A program made the position numbers and the translations under genes. A stretch of DNA of 64,000 nucleotides. Origin: Eledone cirrhosa (Eukaryota). The stretch lies in the NCBI GenBank assembly GCA_964016885.1, contig OZ024750.1, positions 36,270,001 through 36,334,000 of the forward strand, written 5' to 3'. Positions 1 to 13,330 of this stretch are shown piece after piece. The notes under the pieces are model-generated. The model had not been told where the DNA came from. It saw only the letters and a list, made by a program, of their open reading frames with translations, and searched no databases. Every line of letters begins with the position of its first letter. Position 1 is the first letter of the stretch.

Positions 1-319
1 TTTCTCGTAAGAAATATCTCCAGGGATTCTATAATTTTACGAATGTGAAACCAATGAAGCTGTTGACATTGATATAAGGCAGAATGGTAAATCATCTTTT
101 CTAAAGAACCCATACATTGATAACATGGATTGGCAGTATCGGTAGAGGGTCGGACGCTATGCTTTGACATATAGAGTTACAGCCCTTGCCATTCTGAGTT
201 CAAATCCCGCCGAGATTAACTTTGCCTTTCATCCTTATGGGGTCGATAAAATAAAGTACCAGTAATACACTGGTTAATTGCTGGCCTTGTGCCAAAAGTA
301 GAAACAATTATTTTTGTTT

Positions 320-920
320 TAGTGCAAGTATAGCTGTGGTGGTTAACATTGTGTGGTTAATATTCTTCAAGATATGGTCCTATTGTGTGGTGATAAATTG
401 GTCCAGTGTCTTCTAATATAGCCTCTGGTTGACCAATTCTTTCTGAGTAGAGTTTAGTAGATGGAAAATGTGTAGAAGCCCATTGCATATATGTGTGTGT
501 GTGTGTGAGAGAGAGATCCCATTGGGCAAGTGTCTTCTTCTATAACCTTGGTTTTACTAATTCCTTACTAGTAGGATTTGGCAACTGTGCAGAAGCCCAT
601 TGCATGTGTGCGTGTGTATGTGTGTGAGTGAGCCCATTAAGTTCTTTTTTTACTATAGCCTCAGGCTGACCAATTCTTTTTTAATAGAATTTGCTTGATA
701 GAAAATATGCAGAAGCCCATTCTATGTGTGTGAGTGTGTGTGTGTGTGTGTGTATGAAATTGTGTGTGAGCTCATTGTGTAACACAATGAGCAAGTGAAT
801 TTTATCATAGCCTCAGGTTGACCAATTTTTTCAGGTTTACTAATTCCTTCTTAGTGGGATTTGGTAGGTAGAAACTATGCAGAAGTGCATTGCATATGTA
901 TCTGTGTGTGTGTGTGTGTT
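320..920 (+). repeat. SINE with about 5 tandem, diverged 120-bp tail units ending in (tg)n
   Basis: Repeated tatagcctc..tgaccaatt..gcagaagcccattgcat(tg)n. Confidence 0.7.
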
Positions 921-949
921 TGAGTACATGAGTTTGTGAGCATGGAGAG

Positions 950-1106
950 AAGCAGAATAGGAATAAAAGTTAGTATAAACCCGTCCACAACACCTAGTGG
1001 TTTCAGCTTGTATTGGGCAAGCCTCAGCAAGTACTTGCCAGATACAAGCAGAAACCACTAGGCATCACAGTTAGGTTTATAACTTCTTTTATACCCACTC
1101 TGCTGC
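950..1106. mobile_element. Older diverged fold-back palindrome
   Basis: cctagtggtttcagcttgtattgggcaag / cttgccagatacaagcagaaaccactagg, with degenerate outer arms. Confidence 0.6.
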
Positions 1107-1569
1107 TTTCATTGCATAAAATACTACCCTGATTTGTGATCTCCATATGCTCTGCACTGCAGACTGCATACACACAAACATACACATATATCTATATTTA
1201 CAAAGATAAGTCAAATTAAATATCATTTGTGTGAATCAGGTGCTCAAACAAAATAAATATGGAAGATTGATTACAAAATATTTTTCTCAGTGTGTTCCTT
1301 GCAATGTAGTAATTCAGTTAAAGAGGTTATGGAGAATATCACAGAGTATTTATAATAAAAATTATATATATATATATAGGCACATGGCTTAGTATGGAGG
1401 CACATGGCTTAGTGGTTAGAGCAGTGTGAGGTACGGTCCTAGCTGCTAGGTCAGTGCAGAGTTATAAATATTATTCTAGAGGAGACGAGAAGGAGGAGAA
1501 ATAGGTATAGGGGGTGGGTTTGGTGTCCCGGAGGCTCAGTGTGATGGGTTGCTATCCATATAGCTTGAG

Positions 1570-1835
1570 GGAAGTTCCCGGCCTAAGGTGTCTACAAGTA
1601 CCAAAGAAATCGGTCCTAAGGTTGATTAGATTACTCCCACCACTGAGTATCTCCAGAGTCTCAAACACCTGGGGAACGGGGTCGCCAAACTTAAGGAGTT
1701 GACTAGAATACTTGTCCATGCTGATAAAACCAGCAACCTCTACAGCATGGATGTAAAACTGTACAATAATCCTCAGGGAACTAAGGAAGAGCTACAGAAA
1801 GTGATTATCATGTTTGCTAGAGAAAGCAGTTAGTA
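1570..1835 (+). pseudogene. PLE ORF N-terminal fragment
   Basis: Frame reads LKELTRILVHADKTSNLYSMDVKLYN, the PLE DKG/DKT motif upstream of the RT core. Confidence 0.7.
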
Positions 1836-2265
1836 CACTGGGGTTAACTCAACCATAAGGGAGTTTGAGACAATATAATAATGAGATACACACATATACA
1901 TGTATGTATATATATATATACATATACATATATATATATATATATACACAGTTCAAGAGTAACCAAGAGAGGAGAAGAGAGATTGGTGAATTGGTTAGAA
2001 GCCAAAGTGTAAAGGCATGTGCTCAATGTGAAATATGCTGTGGATTTTTACCTAAGTTAATTATCTTCATCTGAACCAGATCAATAATGATCTATAATCA
2101 TTTGATCCAGAAACATTATATGGAGTAGCGAAACAATTGTAAACGGACATTATTAGTATTATCATTCTTTACATTCCTTACATTAAACTAAAACTATATT
2201 GACAATCTTTTAATAATGTCTTCCTTGTGAAATTTGTGGTCTTGTTTTGCTTAACTAACGAATAG

Positions 2266-2303
<38 letters not shown>

Positions 2304-2514
2304 TATATATATATTCACATGTATGCGAGTGTGTGTGGTGTCAACCTTAACCAGTGTCGCTCGATGATCGAAAGAATCAAAATAATTAAATTGACTCGAT
2401 AATCAGAGCTATATAACAAATTATAAAATAAGAGGAATTAATAGACACAGAAATGTACCTATTTTTTATTCAAAGTCCCGACTGTACAGTTTCGCTGTAT
2501 ATATATATATATAT

Positions 2515-2853
2515 GGAGGCACATGGCTTAGTGGTTAGAGCATTGGCCTTGCAATCGAAAGGTTGTGAGTTCAATTCTCAGACCGGGTGATGTGTTGTTT
2601 CCTTGAGCAAGACACTTTATTTCACATTGCTCCAGTTTACTCAGCTGTAGAAATGAGATGATAGGGACTGGGGTCCCTATCATTCCACTGCAAAGTGGTC
2701 GTGGAGGTGCCACGGCAAAAAAGCACCCAGCACTCACTGTAAATGAGGTTGGTGTTAGGAAGGGCATCCAACTGTAGAAATCAAGCCAGAATCAGTTCTC
2801 GTCCCACCCTTGCAAGCAGGGAAAAAGCGGACGTAAAATGAAATGATGATGAT
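2515..2853 (+). mobile_element. tRNA-derived CORE-type SINE with RTE-like (gat)n tail (family 1)
   Basis: A box tggcttagtgg, B box gagttcaattctc, core ccttgagcaagacacttt..cagctgtagaaatg. Other copies: 9868-10195+, 17820-18102-, 23484-23827-, 34646-35030+, 36297-36688+, 41756-42100-, 53240-53630+. Partials near 1378, 2880, 12440, 15188, 33580, 36980 and 49320. Confidence 0.9.
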
Positions 2854-3284
2854 GATATATATAACATCCAGTCCTAAATAAATGAGGTTGTGTAGGTGTC
2901 ATGACAAAAAAAAACACAATCCACACTGTAATGTGGCCATGTAGGTAACACGGTAAAAACCTCCCAGTCCACACTGTAAACGTGGTTGGTGTTAGGAAGG
3001 GCATCCAGCCATAGAAAACCTGCCAGACAGTCCCATACGAGCGAGACGACCAATCTTGCCTCAAGTGGGACAATTCCTGTCTAAACCCATGCTAGCGTGG
3101 AAGATTAAACGACGATGATGATGATGATGATATATATAAAGAACAAAACAAGTTTTCATATTGAAGTTTTTATTGATTAGGCTCAGTTACGAATGTTTAA
3201 CAGATGGGTGTGTCACTGTCCATATTAGTGTTGTAGCTAATATTGGTACCCTCATCAGTAAACCACACATCTACTGAATCACCT

Positions 3285-3320
<36 letters not shown>

Positions 3321-3345
3321 GATTCAGTAGATGTGTGGTTTACTT

Positions 3346-3714
3346 TATTGTATAAAGCTGTGCTTGAAGCGAAATCCTATTTCTTTTCTATTATAAGTTG
3401 AGCCAACTTATGCAGCTTCATATGCAAATGAGATTAATCACCTCATTTACACAGACGAGAAAACTATATATTCTCGGCTGTTTTCAAGTCCAGCAGTCGT
3501 AGAGCAGTGGGAGGGATTGTCCTGACGATGGCCAGTCAAGCCTGAAATGCATAGACGGTTGTCCCCTTTGCTTCTGCTGGACAACACCAGAGGGCGTTAG
3601 CCCTCCCTCGGTGTTCGCATAGCTACGGCTTCCTAAAATCGTATTTCTTTTGAAATAGGAAATTTCTATACATATTGTATAAAGCTATGCTTGAAGCTAA
3701 ATGCTATTTCTTTT
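3346..3714 (+). mobile_element. Retrozyme-like unit (327-bp period, terminal direct repeat, one HHR)
   Basis: About 42-bp direct repeat at 3346 and 3673, HHR at 3513, no ORF, TA flank. Confidence 0.7.
3513..3565 (+). ncRNA. Minimal type I hammerhead ribozyme
   Basis: gattgtc-CTGACGA-tggc cagtcaa gcct-GAAA-tgca (palindromic)-TA-gacggtt; stem I extends outward (gtccagcag/ctgctggac). Confidence 0.85.
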
Positions 3715-3989
3715 ATATATATATTTTGGGATTATAATGTCCAGTTACTGTAGGTTCACCAGAGTGAACATTCATTGCATAGTTTACAGTAGATATAGAG
3801 GTGTTGTACTAAGCAGAATGTAATATTAATAATAATAAAATAAAAAGGACAAAGTGTTAGATCTTCATTACGTTTATTGAGGTGTGACCCACGTTTCACG
3901 ATTGATTAGCTCAAGGTTCGATCTATATTGCTCTGACCCGACTCTGGAATCAAAAGCTCATCGGACTTCTGTAACCATAACAGTAACTG

Positions 3990-5118
3990 TATATTACAAT
4001 CCCTATATATATAATATAACCTACAATCTCACTTGGAGCTTACTGTCCAGAGCTAACTCTTACATGGGAGGACGCCGTCCGTGTAACTTATGCTCGGAGG
4101 AAACATTACAAATGCTGTTTTCGAAGGACCAACTCCTAAACAAGAAAGACGAACCGGTAACCGCATGCAAAAATAGATTGCGTAGGACTTACCTTGCCCT
4201 CAAACCCCATAACGACCCGGGTGGGTAGACAAGGGCTGATACCCCCACTTGCCGAATAAGTTAGGGGAAACCCCAGCTTACATAGGTAGATTTATCTCTT
4301 TTCTTTTCTTTTCCTCATTGTCTTCTCCTTCCCCCTGTCTCATCCTATCACTTCCTTCCACCCCCTATTTTCTTCCTCGTCTGCTTTTCCCCTTTCGCCT
4401 ACCCCGATGCAGCCCATCGGGCCTCTGTAGCATCAGTTCCCCCACCCCTGTAATTTTAAGATAGAATTGGCCGAATATGTTTTACTAACTACTTATAGCA
4501 GACATGTTAAACCCCTTTTATTTTTGTATCAGTTCTGGTACTACTCAATTTCTACAAGTTTTTTCTATTCTCAACTTATTAACCTGTAATTTTAAGATAG
4601 CATTGTGATTTTTTTTTTTTTTTTTTTATTCATTTCTCACTATCTAATTTTATATATTTTTTCTTTCTTTCTATTATCTTTTATTGTCTCCTACTCTCAT
4701 TCGATTTACCTATTCTATAACCTCCCTCCTCCACTTCATACACTATCCTTAGAATCTGCTGTATACATATCACTTTCAATGCTTGACCGCTCCACTCACT
4801 CCCCTATTGTTCTACAGGCAAGTTCAGCCACCCCTACCTCCCACCAAATGCCATGATAGACTTATTTGTGTTTACAACAAATTTTAACCAATCCTCTTGA
4901 CAACTACAATCTTCCCATATAAGGAAGTACCCCCTTGACAAGTTCGGCTATTTATTCACCAGGCTAAAAATTCTAATTTAGTCCAGAAATAGCCATCAAA
5001 ACGGCTTGAGCTCTGCCGTCGGGGTCATACTTTTTCCTATTTCCCACTCTACTACTCTAAGTATTGAGTACTCTGGTGCATTATGGTCCATCTGGTTACT
5101 TACCACATTTCCTTTGTT
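3990..5118 (+). mobile_element. PLE 3' fragment: GIY-YIG C-terminus, 3' UTR and degenerate HHR-bearing terminus (family A source)
   Basis: NITYNLTWSLLSRANSY..CNLCSEE..LLNKKDE..C aligns by eye with the 58.7 kb ORF C-terminus. Ends with the family-A tail at (TA)n. Confidence 0.8.
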
Positions 5119-5139
5119 ATATATATATATATATATGTA

Positions 5140-5573
5140 GATTTTGAGTATATGTTGGTTGTATACCAACACCTCAGTATGCAGGCTGGAGCACTCGACG
5201 AAGTGCACAGGTTGGTTTGGTTACTCCGGAGTAATGTAAAATAAAGTAAAATAAAAAGTGAAATGTTTAAAATTTAGCTTCGTTTATTATTGCTATATAT
5301 ATTTCGGTGACAGCCATCTTTGGCTGTGACCTCTTCAGGCAGTCCGAATTAGTGTGGTATAGACAAGTACATATGTTGTTGAGGTGTATAATTTTGTCAA
5401 TACTCTGATATGCCCACTTCCTGGTTGGGTTGTTATTTCATTGAGGAACTGGATATATATATATATATATATTGAAGAGGTCACAGCCAAAGATGGCTGT
5501 CACCGAAATATATATAGCAGTAATAAACGAAGCTAAATTTTAAATATTTGACTTTTTATTTTACTTTATTTTA
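5140..5573 (-). mobile_element. Family B non-coding HHR element (about 315 bp) plus partial inverted copy
   Basis: 5140-5452 is homologous end to end with 49958-50280; 5473-5573 is an inverted partial copy starting at the HHR core. Confidence 0.8.
5289..5343 (-). ncRNA. Type I hammerhead ribozyme (family B)
   Basis: actgc-CTGAAGA-ggtcacagcca aaga tggctgtcacc-GAAA-tatata-TA-gcaat. Confidence 0.85.
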
Positions 5574-8167
5574 TATATATATGTATATATATATATACCT
5601 ATGTGTGAGTATATATTTATGAGTCTGTGTGTGTATATATATATATGTGTGTATATACATACATAGTGTATGTGTCTGTAACAAATAAAGAACATAATGT
5701 GAATTGTTCTGATTCAAAATATATTTTAAAATATTAGAAACATTTTTTTATTAAATTGATTAATTGAATAATGTTGACATTTTGCATATGTTAGCAAATT
5801 GAATGCTTCAAGATAAATTCAATAAACTCTAAACTGTCAAATAGATTCTTTTAAGAAAAGGAAATGTATTAATCTTTAAAATTGTATTTTAACAATGGAA
5901 AGAAAATAAAGATGATTTATTTAAAAAATAGGCTTTTTTGGGGGGGGGGGGGGCGTCTTTTCAATCTGACAAAATAAAAATCAGACATGAATAATTGTTA
6001 GCCTCTGATTGGCTATTTATTTTCCTATGTTTTCATTGTTTGGTTGATCAAGGGAGTGAATTACATGAAGTTTACAAGTATCTTCATTATTTTTATTAAC
6101 AAAATTAATTTTTCTCAAGCAGCAGAAAATCTGGCAATTAAATTTAGCTGAGTTTAAATTGAATTTTAAATGTTCAATTTTAGATTCTGTCACTATAGAC
6201 TAACTATTTGTAATTATTTTCTCTTCAGTATTAAAGAAAGAAAAGAAAGAAACTAGTAACCAATCAGTCCATAGATACAGCAAGGGAAACTTATTCAAAA
6301 TTGTGTCAATAAGGTGGGATGTGGAAAGAAATACTATGAAAGGTCTATATGTGAATGCTACTTCATCCATATGATTCCATCATGCCCTTATATAGAGAAA
6401 ATATAGATGCTCCCATGTTGGATAATATCAGGACATAAAAAATAAGACTTAAATTAGAATTGAACTCCATTGAAAAAACAAAACAAAACAACGATTCCAA
6501 GAAAATGTTAAACCAAATATTTTGACAAGAATTTCAATAAGTCATAAACTTAGATGATGAATCAGTATTAAATTATGTAATTAATGGTTTTGAAACTTAT
6601 TCATTAATTTGTGTATTTTGTTGATAATGATTTTTTAGGTAGCATTAGAAAGTATTTTTTTTACAGCTTCAAAATTTTGAAACTGCTAATATCTATGAAG
6701 AAATATATTGGATTTTAACAAGGCAAATTTATTTCTTCAAATGAGTGAAAACACTTTTTGGCATATTATGGTCTCCCGAGTTTGAATTAACTGTCTAAAA
6801 CAACTAGATCAGAAATAATGCCTTTTCTTCATGAAATAATTATATTGTTTTTTATGTATCCCAGTTGTTCAATAAATTTGAGATTATTATCATCTAATTA
6901 CTATAATTAGAGATTATTTCTGATAAAGAAAGTATTGAACAGATAAGGAAGAAATCTCATAGAACTGTCAGAAGTGTCTAGTTACTATTATCCATCTTGG
7001 AATATAGAAACATATGGAATTAAAACAAGATTCTCAAAGATACAATGAAATATTTGTAGTGTAATAAGATCTCGCACCCCCCAAACTGATTTTTACCATC
7101 TTAACCGTTTTATCTTTAATATAATATGTAGTTCTGTATGAACAAGACATGATCATCTGATCTGGCTTGTCTCACAATTGGAAAACTCATCTAACCCATA
7201 CTAGTGTGGGGGAAATGGACATTAACAGTGATGTTGATGATTTATTTATTTGATATTTGTTACATTCTGGGGTAATATCCACCTGCCACCTCAGTGGATA
7301 ACTACCTAGGGTTCAACATATTTGTATGAACCCCGATGTAGCTCTTGTGCGATCTGGTCTATTTAAACAATAAAAGTGTTCTGTATAAAAATAAATAATT
7401 TTTCATCATTGAAAATATTGCACTAAAAAAAAGTGGTTTCTACTTTTGACTTTTCTTCAGTAACTTAGTTTTTTCTTATTATAATAATGAAATTATAAAT
7501 TATAAAATACAATGTTGTCTCTGATCAAGACGACATTGTATTTTCATCTAACTTTATCATAGTTATAATTAGCTTTCTATTTAGGACATACACTAGTGCT
7601 TGAGGTCCACTGTCCCATTATTTTATTTTTGTTTATTTTCTTTCATCCTTCTATTTGTGCTGTTTGTTTTATCACACACACACATCATACCAACAGAAAG
7701 ATTTATTTTGTGGTTGCACGATCCAGCATTTGAAAATGGTACTCTCAATTAAATTGTGTGAAACCATTTTGCTGGTTTGAAAGGGTGAGGATGTGTTTGT
7801 GTAAACTTGTCTTGTACATTGCCTTCCTTTATTTCCTTCTTCCAGTCACTTCTATGCACCAACACACTTCAATCTTTTCTATATTTCATCTGCCTGCCAC
7901 CCACCTTGTGGATTGTCTCCCCATTGACAACCAGTTACTGCTCTCTGTCCTCTGAGACATTTTTGCCCATCGCTGTCTTTGACAGCATTTGGCTGTTTTA
8001 ACGGCTGTTCTAGCGTTGAGTCTTCTCATTTTTATATGTATATAAATTATAAATTTTAGTTTTACTTATTTCATTTGCTTCAATGGTGTTAATAATTTAA
8101 ATAGATCACTGTATCTAGTTGAATATTTTATCATATATTTTGCTATATATCATCATCATCATCACTG

Positions 8168-8910
8168 TTTAGCTGTATTTGAACCTACATAGCTGTAGTT
8201 TAACCCACATAACTGTAGTTTAATCTACGTAGCTATATTTGAAACTACATAGCTGCATTTTAACCCATATAGCTGTATTTGAACCTACATAGCTGTATTT
8301 GAACCTACATAGCTGTATTTGAACCTACATAGCTGTATTTGAACCCACATAGCTGTATTTGAACCTACATAGCTGTATTTGAACCCATGTAGCTGTATTT
8401 GAACCCATATAGCTGGAGTTTAACCTACATAGCTGGAGTTTAACCCACATAACTGTAGTTTAATCTACGTAGCTATATTTGAAACTACATAGCTGCATTT
8501 TAACCCATATAGCTGTATTTGAACCTACATAGCTGTATTTGAACCTACATAGCTGTATTTGAACCTACATAGCTGTATTTGAACCCACATAGCTGTATTT
8601 GAACCCATGTAGCTGTATTTGAACCCATATAGCTGGAGTTTAACCTACATAGCTGGAGTTTAACCTACATAGCTGGAGTTTAACCTACATAGCTGGAGTT
8701 TAACCTACATAGCTGGAGTTTAACCTACATAGCTGGAGTTTAACCTACATAGCTGGAGTTTAACCTACATAGCTGGAGTTTAACCTACATAGCTGGAGTT
8801 CAACCCATATAGCTGGAGTTCAACCCATATAACTGTAGTTGAATCTACATAGCTGTAGTTTAACCTACATAGCTGGAATTTAATCCACATAACTGGAGTT
8901 TGACCTGCAG
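8168..8910. repeat. 20-bp minisatellite (agctgtatttgaacctacat), about 37 copies
   Basis: Exact 20-bp period, with two variant blocks and a 240-bp higher-order duplication. Confidence 0.95.
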
Positions 8911-10302
8911 AGAAATGGGTTGGAGAAGTTCCACACTGTGAGTAACCAAATGACATTAAATATTGATCAGGCCATGAAACTCTCTTAATCTCCTAAATGA
9001 AGTAGGAACAAGAGCATTCAAGACTGATTTCACCTTGTCACTGAGGATTCAAATTCCATGTTCACTGATGAGATCTCTCAGAAAATATAAAGAAATAGAT
9101 TTGTACTGCTTGAAGAGGATTTCAAGAAAATATGGATGATATTATTGCATTATGTTGAATTAACCTAACAAATAGGAGTTTGTGAGAGAGGAACAAAGTA
9201 CAACAATCAAATGACCATATTTTACACATAATAAAAATGTTTGTATTATCTTTTAGACCTTCTGTAATGTAAAAACAACAAAAACAGCTTTAATGTATTG
9301 TACAAAAATGTTTCCATAAATACTTTATTCTACTTTTGTAGCAGTCGATTAACATTCTAAAACCCACGCGTTTTGTTTGGTTTTGTCTTTTTTTTTTTTT
9401 TTTTTTCCTTATTGTTAGAGTGACAGAAGGAAACGAATGGATAGAGACTGTTACTAAGTGTCAAACAAATGATGAAAACACATGACAGTCGTTCAATAAA
9501 CAAAGATATTTGATAGATGGATGATTTGGTAAATTGTCTGCATTGGAACTGAAGCTGCATATATATTGAACAGCTGATGACACATAGAAAAATACTATTA
9601 GAATGATACAATGATATGCATTCTCTGGAAATAAGGAAAATGTCAGACTATTTCCTATTTTCATAGAAATTTCAATGTAGAAGAAAATAGTTGAGTAACA
9701 TTGCTACCTAAGATATATAGCATCTATTTTTATTAAACTTTTTCTTTATGTACATATGTGTTTATATATATATATGATATATTTATGTCTCTCTCTCTCT
9801 CTATAAATATATATGATGATGATGATGATATATACATATATGTCTGTGTGTATATATATATATATATGGAGGCACATGGCTTAGTGGTTAGAGCATTAGC
9901 CTTGCAATCAAAAGGTTGTGAGTTCAATTCTCAGACCGGGTGATGTGTTGTTTCCTTGAGCAAGACACTTTATTTCACATTGCTCCAGTTTACTCAGCTG
10001 TAGAAATGAGATGATAGGGACTGTGGTCCATATCATTCCACTGCAAAGTGGTCGTGGAAGTGCCACGGCAAAAAAGCACCCAGTACTCACTGTAAATGAG
10101 GTTGGTGTTAGGAAGGGCATCCTGTAGAAATCAAGCCAGAATCAGTTCCCGTCCCACCCTTGCAAGCAGGGAAAAGCGGACATAAAATGATGAATGAAAA
10201 AAAAATGAAAATATATGTTTGTGTGTCTGAGATATATATGTATGTCTGTATATATATATATATATATGTATGTATGTGTGTGTATATATATATATATATA
10301 TT

Positions 10303-10349
<47 letters not shown>

Positions 10350-10575
10350 GTGGAAAAGTAAGAAATCGGACAACAGACTGTTAAAACATGTTTTAAATAA
10401 ACATGTTTTAATGGTCTATTCTCTGACTTCTTACTTTTCCACCTACTTACGCTCTGCTAACTCTCTCGCCCACTAAATATTAACACTTCGAATATTTAAT
10501 ACTTCCGGCACTAGTATTGAGCACCTTTTGCATACGCTATTTGGCAAATAACTACATGTATCACCTATCCTTCCT
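10350..10575 (+). mobile_element. Diverged asymmetric fold-back with a TATTGAGCAC tail
   Basis: ggaaaagtaagaa..aaacatgttt / aaacatgttt..ttcttacttttcc; TA flank. Confidence 0.55.
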
Positions 10576-10613
10576 TTTTTTTTCTCTCTCTCGATACATA
10601 AATACTTTATTTT

Positions 10614-10679
<66 letters not shown>

Positions 10680-10737
10680 TGTGTGTGTATGTGTGTGTGT
10701 GTATATATGTGTGTGTGTGTATATATATGTGTGTGTA

Positions 10738-10768
<31 letters not shown>

Positions 10769-11109
10769 ATATATGTGTGTGTGTGTATATATATATACAT
10801 ATATGTGTGTGTGTGTACATATATTCGTGTGTGTGTGTGTGAATATATATATATATATTCGTGTGTGTCTCTCTCTCTATATATATATATATATTATATG
10901 AATGAGGCAATCCATTATGTTTTTTCTGTGTAAAATCAGAATGTCAGAATATCAGAATGTGTAATCATGCTGTTATTTTCACAGCAAGGGTTATAATTAA
11001 AAAAAACTGTAGTTATATCTACATTGAATAGAAAGAGGCAATTACAGAAGCATCAAACCATTGAATCATGTTATGAAAGTTATAGAAAGAGTGATAACAA
11101 AACTGTTTA

Positions 11110-12224
11110 GTGTGTCAGAATTTATCTTGATGAGATGCAGTTTGGCCATGAGCCAGGGACAGGTATTAACTAATGAGAGAACTGAAGGAGAAGGAATTAA
11201 TTAAGAATAAACGTCTATACTTACCATTTGTTGATCTCAAAAATGCATTTCTCACAATCTCATGCTCTGTAATCCTGTATCAACTGAAGAAGCGAGGGTT
11301 AGAAGGATTTAGTTAAGAATAAACGTCTATACTTACCATTTGTTGATCTCAAAAATGCATTTCACACAATCTCATGCTCTTTAATCCTGTATCAACTGAA
11401 GAAGCGAGGGTTAGATGAATCACTTGTGATGGCTGTACAAGTCTTATATAGGGGTGCAGTCATTAAAGTGAGGATCAGCAATGAGTACTATGACTAATTT
11501 AAGCTGTAACTCCCCGAACCTGTAATCTTGTATCAACTGAAGAAGTGAGGGTTAGATGAATGACTTGTGATGGCTGTACAAGTCTTATATAGGGGTGCAG
11601 TCATCAAAGTGAGGATCAGCAATGAGTACTGTGACTAGTTTAAGCTGTAACTCCCTGAACCTGTAATCTTGTATCAACTGAAGAAGCGAGAGATAGATGA
11701 ATGACTTGTGATGGCTGTACAAGTCTTATATAGGGGTGCAGTCATCAAAGTGAGGATCAGCAATGAGTACTATGACTAATTTAAGCTGTAACTCCCTGAA
11801 CCTGTAATCTTGTATCAACTGAAGAAGCGAGAGATAGATGAATGACTTGTGATGGCTGTACAAGTCTTATATAGGGGTGCAGTCATCAAAGTGAGGATCA
11901 GCAATGAGTACTATGACTAATTTAAGTTGTAACTCCCCGAACCTGTAATCTTGTATCAACTGAAGAAGCGAGAGATAGATGAATGACTTGTGATGGCTGT
12001 ACAAGTCTTATATAGGGGTGCAGTCATCAAAGTGAGGATCAGCAATGAGTACTGTGACTAATTTAAGCTGTAACTCCCCGAACCTGTAATCTTGTATCAA
12101 CTGAAGAAGCGAGAGATAGATGAATGACTTGTGATGGCTGTACAAGTCTTATATAGGGGTGCAGTCATCAAAGTGAGGATCAGCAATGAGTACTGTGACT
12201 AATTTAAGCTGTAACTCCCCGAAC
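11110..12224 (+). repeat. RTE RT fragment amplified as a 112-bp duplication plus about 6 x 141-bp tandem array
   Basis: RLYLPFVDLKNAF..LKKRGLDE.LVMAVQVLYRGAVIKVRISNEY; unit starts at 11389, 11530, 11671, 11812, 11953 and 12094. Confidence 0.85.
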
Positions 12225-12789
12225 TATTTCTACTTGGTTCTTCACTCTAGCTACAACACTCAGTACATTCACCCGGCCCACTACTGCTAATGAGGTCACC
12301 TAGATAACAAACACTTTCTACCACTTCCAGTGAGCCTTTTGAGCAATTGAGAGAGTTTTTTCACGCGTATTTTTACTGTTGACTACTCCTGTAACATGTA
12401 ATGTCAACTTTCCCTGACAGCCTACTCATGATCTCACTACATCATCATCATCATCGTTTAACGTCCATCTTCCATGCTAGCATGGGTAGAATGGATTGAT
12501 CCTTAGAGAGAGGATCAGGTCAGAGGACCATGTTTAGCTCACCCGGGGCAGATTTTGGCTTGGCTTCTACAGCTGAATGCCGTTCCTAATGCCAACCCCA
12601 TTTACAGTGCGTACTGGGTGCTTTTTGTTATGTCACCTACACGTCCACACTACATTAGGGACTTTTTGCTTGGAAGTAGGGAGGGGGAAGGAAGCTTGGA
12701 GAAAATTGTGTGCGTGGGTAATAGGGGAGGGATGGTTACCACAAAGGGAGGTGTATGGGAGGGGAGAAGGTTGAGGAAGGTGTTGCCTA

Positions 12790-13330
12790 CAAGGTATTGA
12801 GAATATTGTATGGGATTTCTAACTACTCATTTTCTGCATCTTGAACATGGTTATTTCCTTGATGGTAGCAGAGTTCTACCCTCTTTGCTACTTACTAAAA
12901 CTTTATAGGTTCATTTTTGAAGTCTTCTCATTCCAAATTTTGTTTCCATGTCTAATTCTTCTGTTGTCTCTGCTAGGAGTGCTAAGTCATCAGCATATAT
13001 ATGAGTTTCCATGGATGGCCAGTCTTGGAATTTTTTGTTATGGCCAGGAAGACTATAATAAACATGAGGAAGATGATAACCAAGACTTGATGGACTCCTA
13101 CCCCCTACCCACACACTAAATTCATTGCTGCATTTATTGTCAACCCTCACCTTCCTACCCATAAGATTACAGAGTGTCAAAGACCTTTTCCTTATCAACA
13201 AATGCTAAGTATAGGGTCTTAATCTTAGCCTAGTATTTTTCCTGCAGTTGTCTCACCTAGCAACAAGTAAAACTGCATATCATTAAGATTAATTCTGTCA
13301 ATAATCAATTTTGCTATCAATCTTTCTGTT
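12790..13330 (-). pseudogene. Degenerate RTE LINE RT fragment
   Basis: KVRVDNKCSNEFSVWVG and YADDLALLAET, with multiple frameshifts. Confidence 0.8.

Noticed and set aside
2515-2590. tRNA genes at SINE heads
   Set aside because: They continue into CORE and RTE-tail sequence in many dispersed copies, so they are SINEs rather than tRNAs.
6667-6980. Plus-strand exon candidates (LQNFETANIYEEIYW; EIISDKESIEQIRKK)
   Set aside because: Short, with a non-canonical donor and no recognisable homology.
7504-7544. Short hairpin aaatacaatgttgtct/agacgacattgtattt as a terminator or ribozyme
   Set aside because: No catalytic core, and intrinsic terminators are not relevant in this eukaryotic context.
9035-9100. 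CTGAGGA / CTGATGA..GAAA as a hammerhead
   Set aside because: No credible stem I or stem III.
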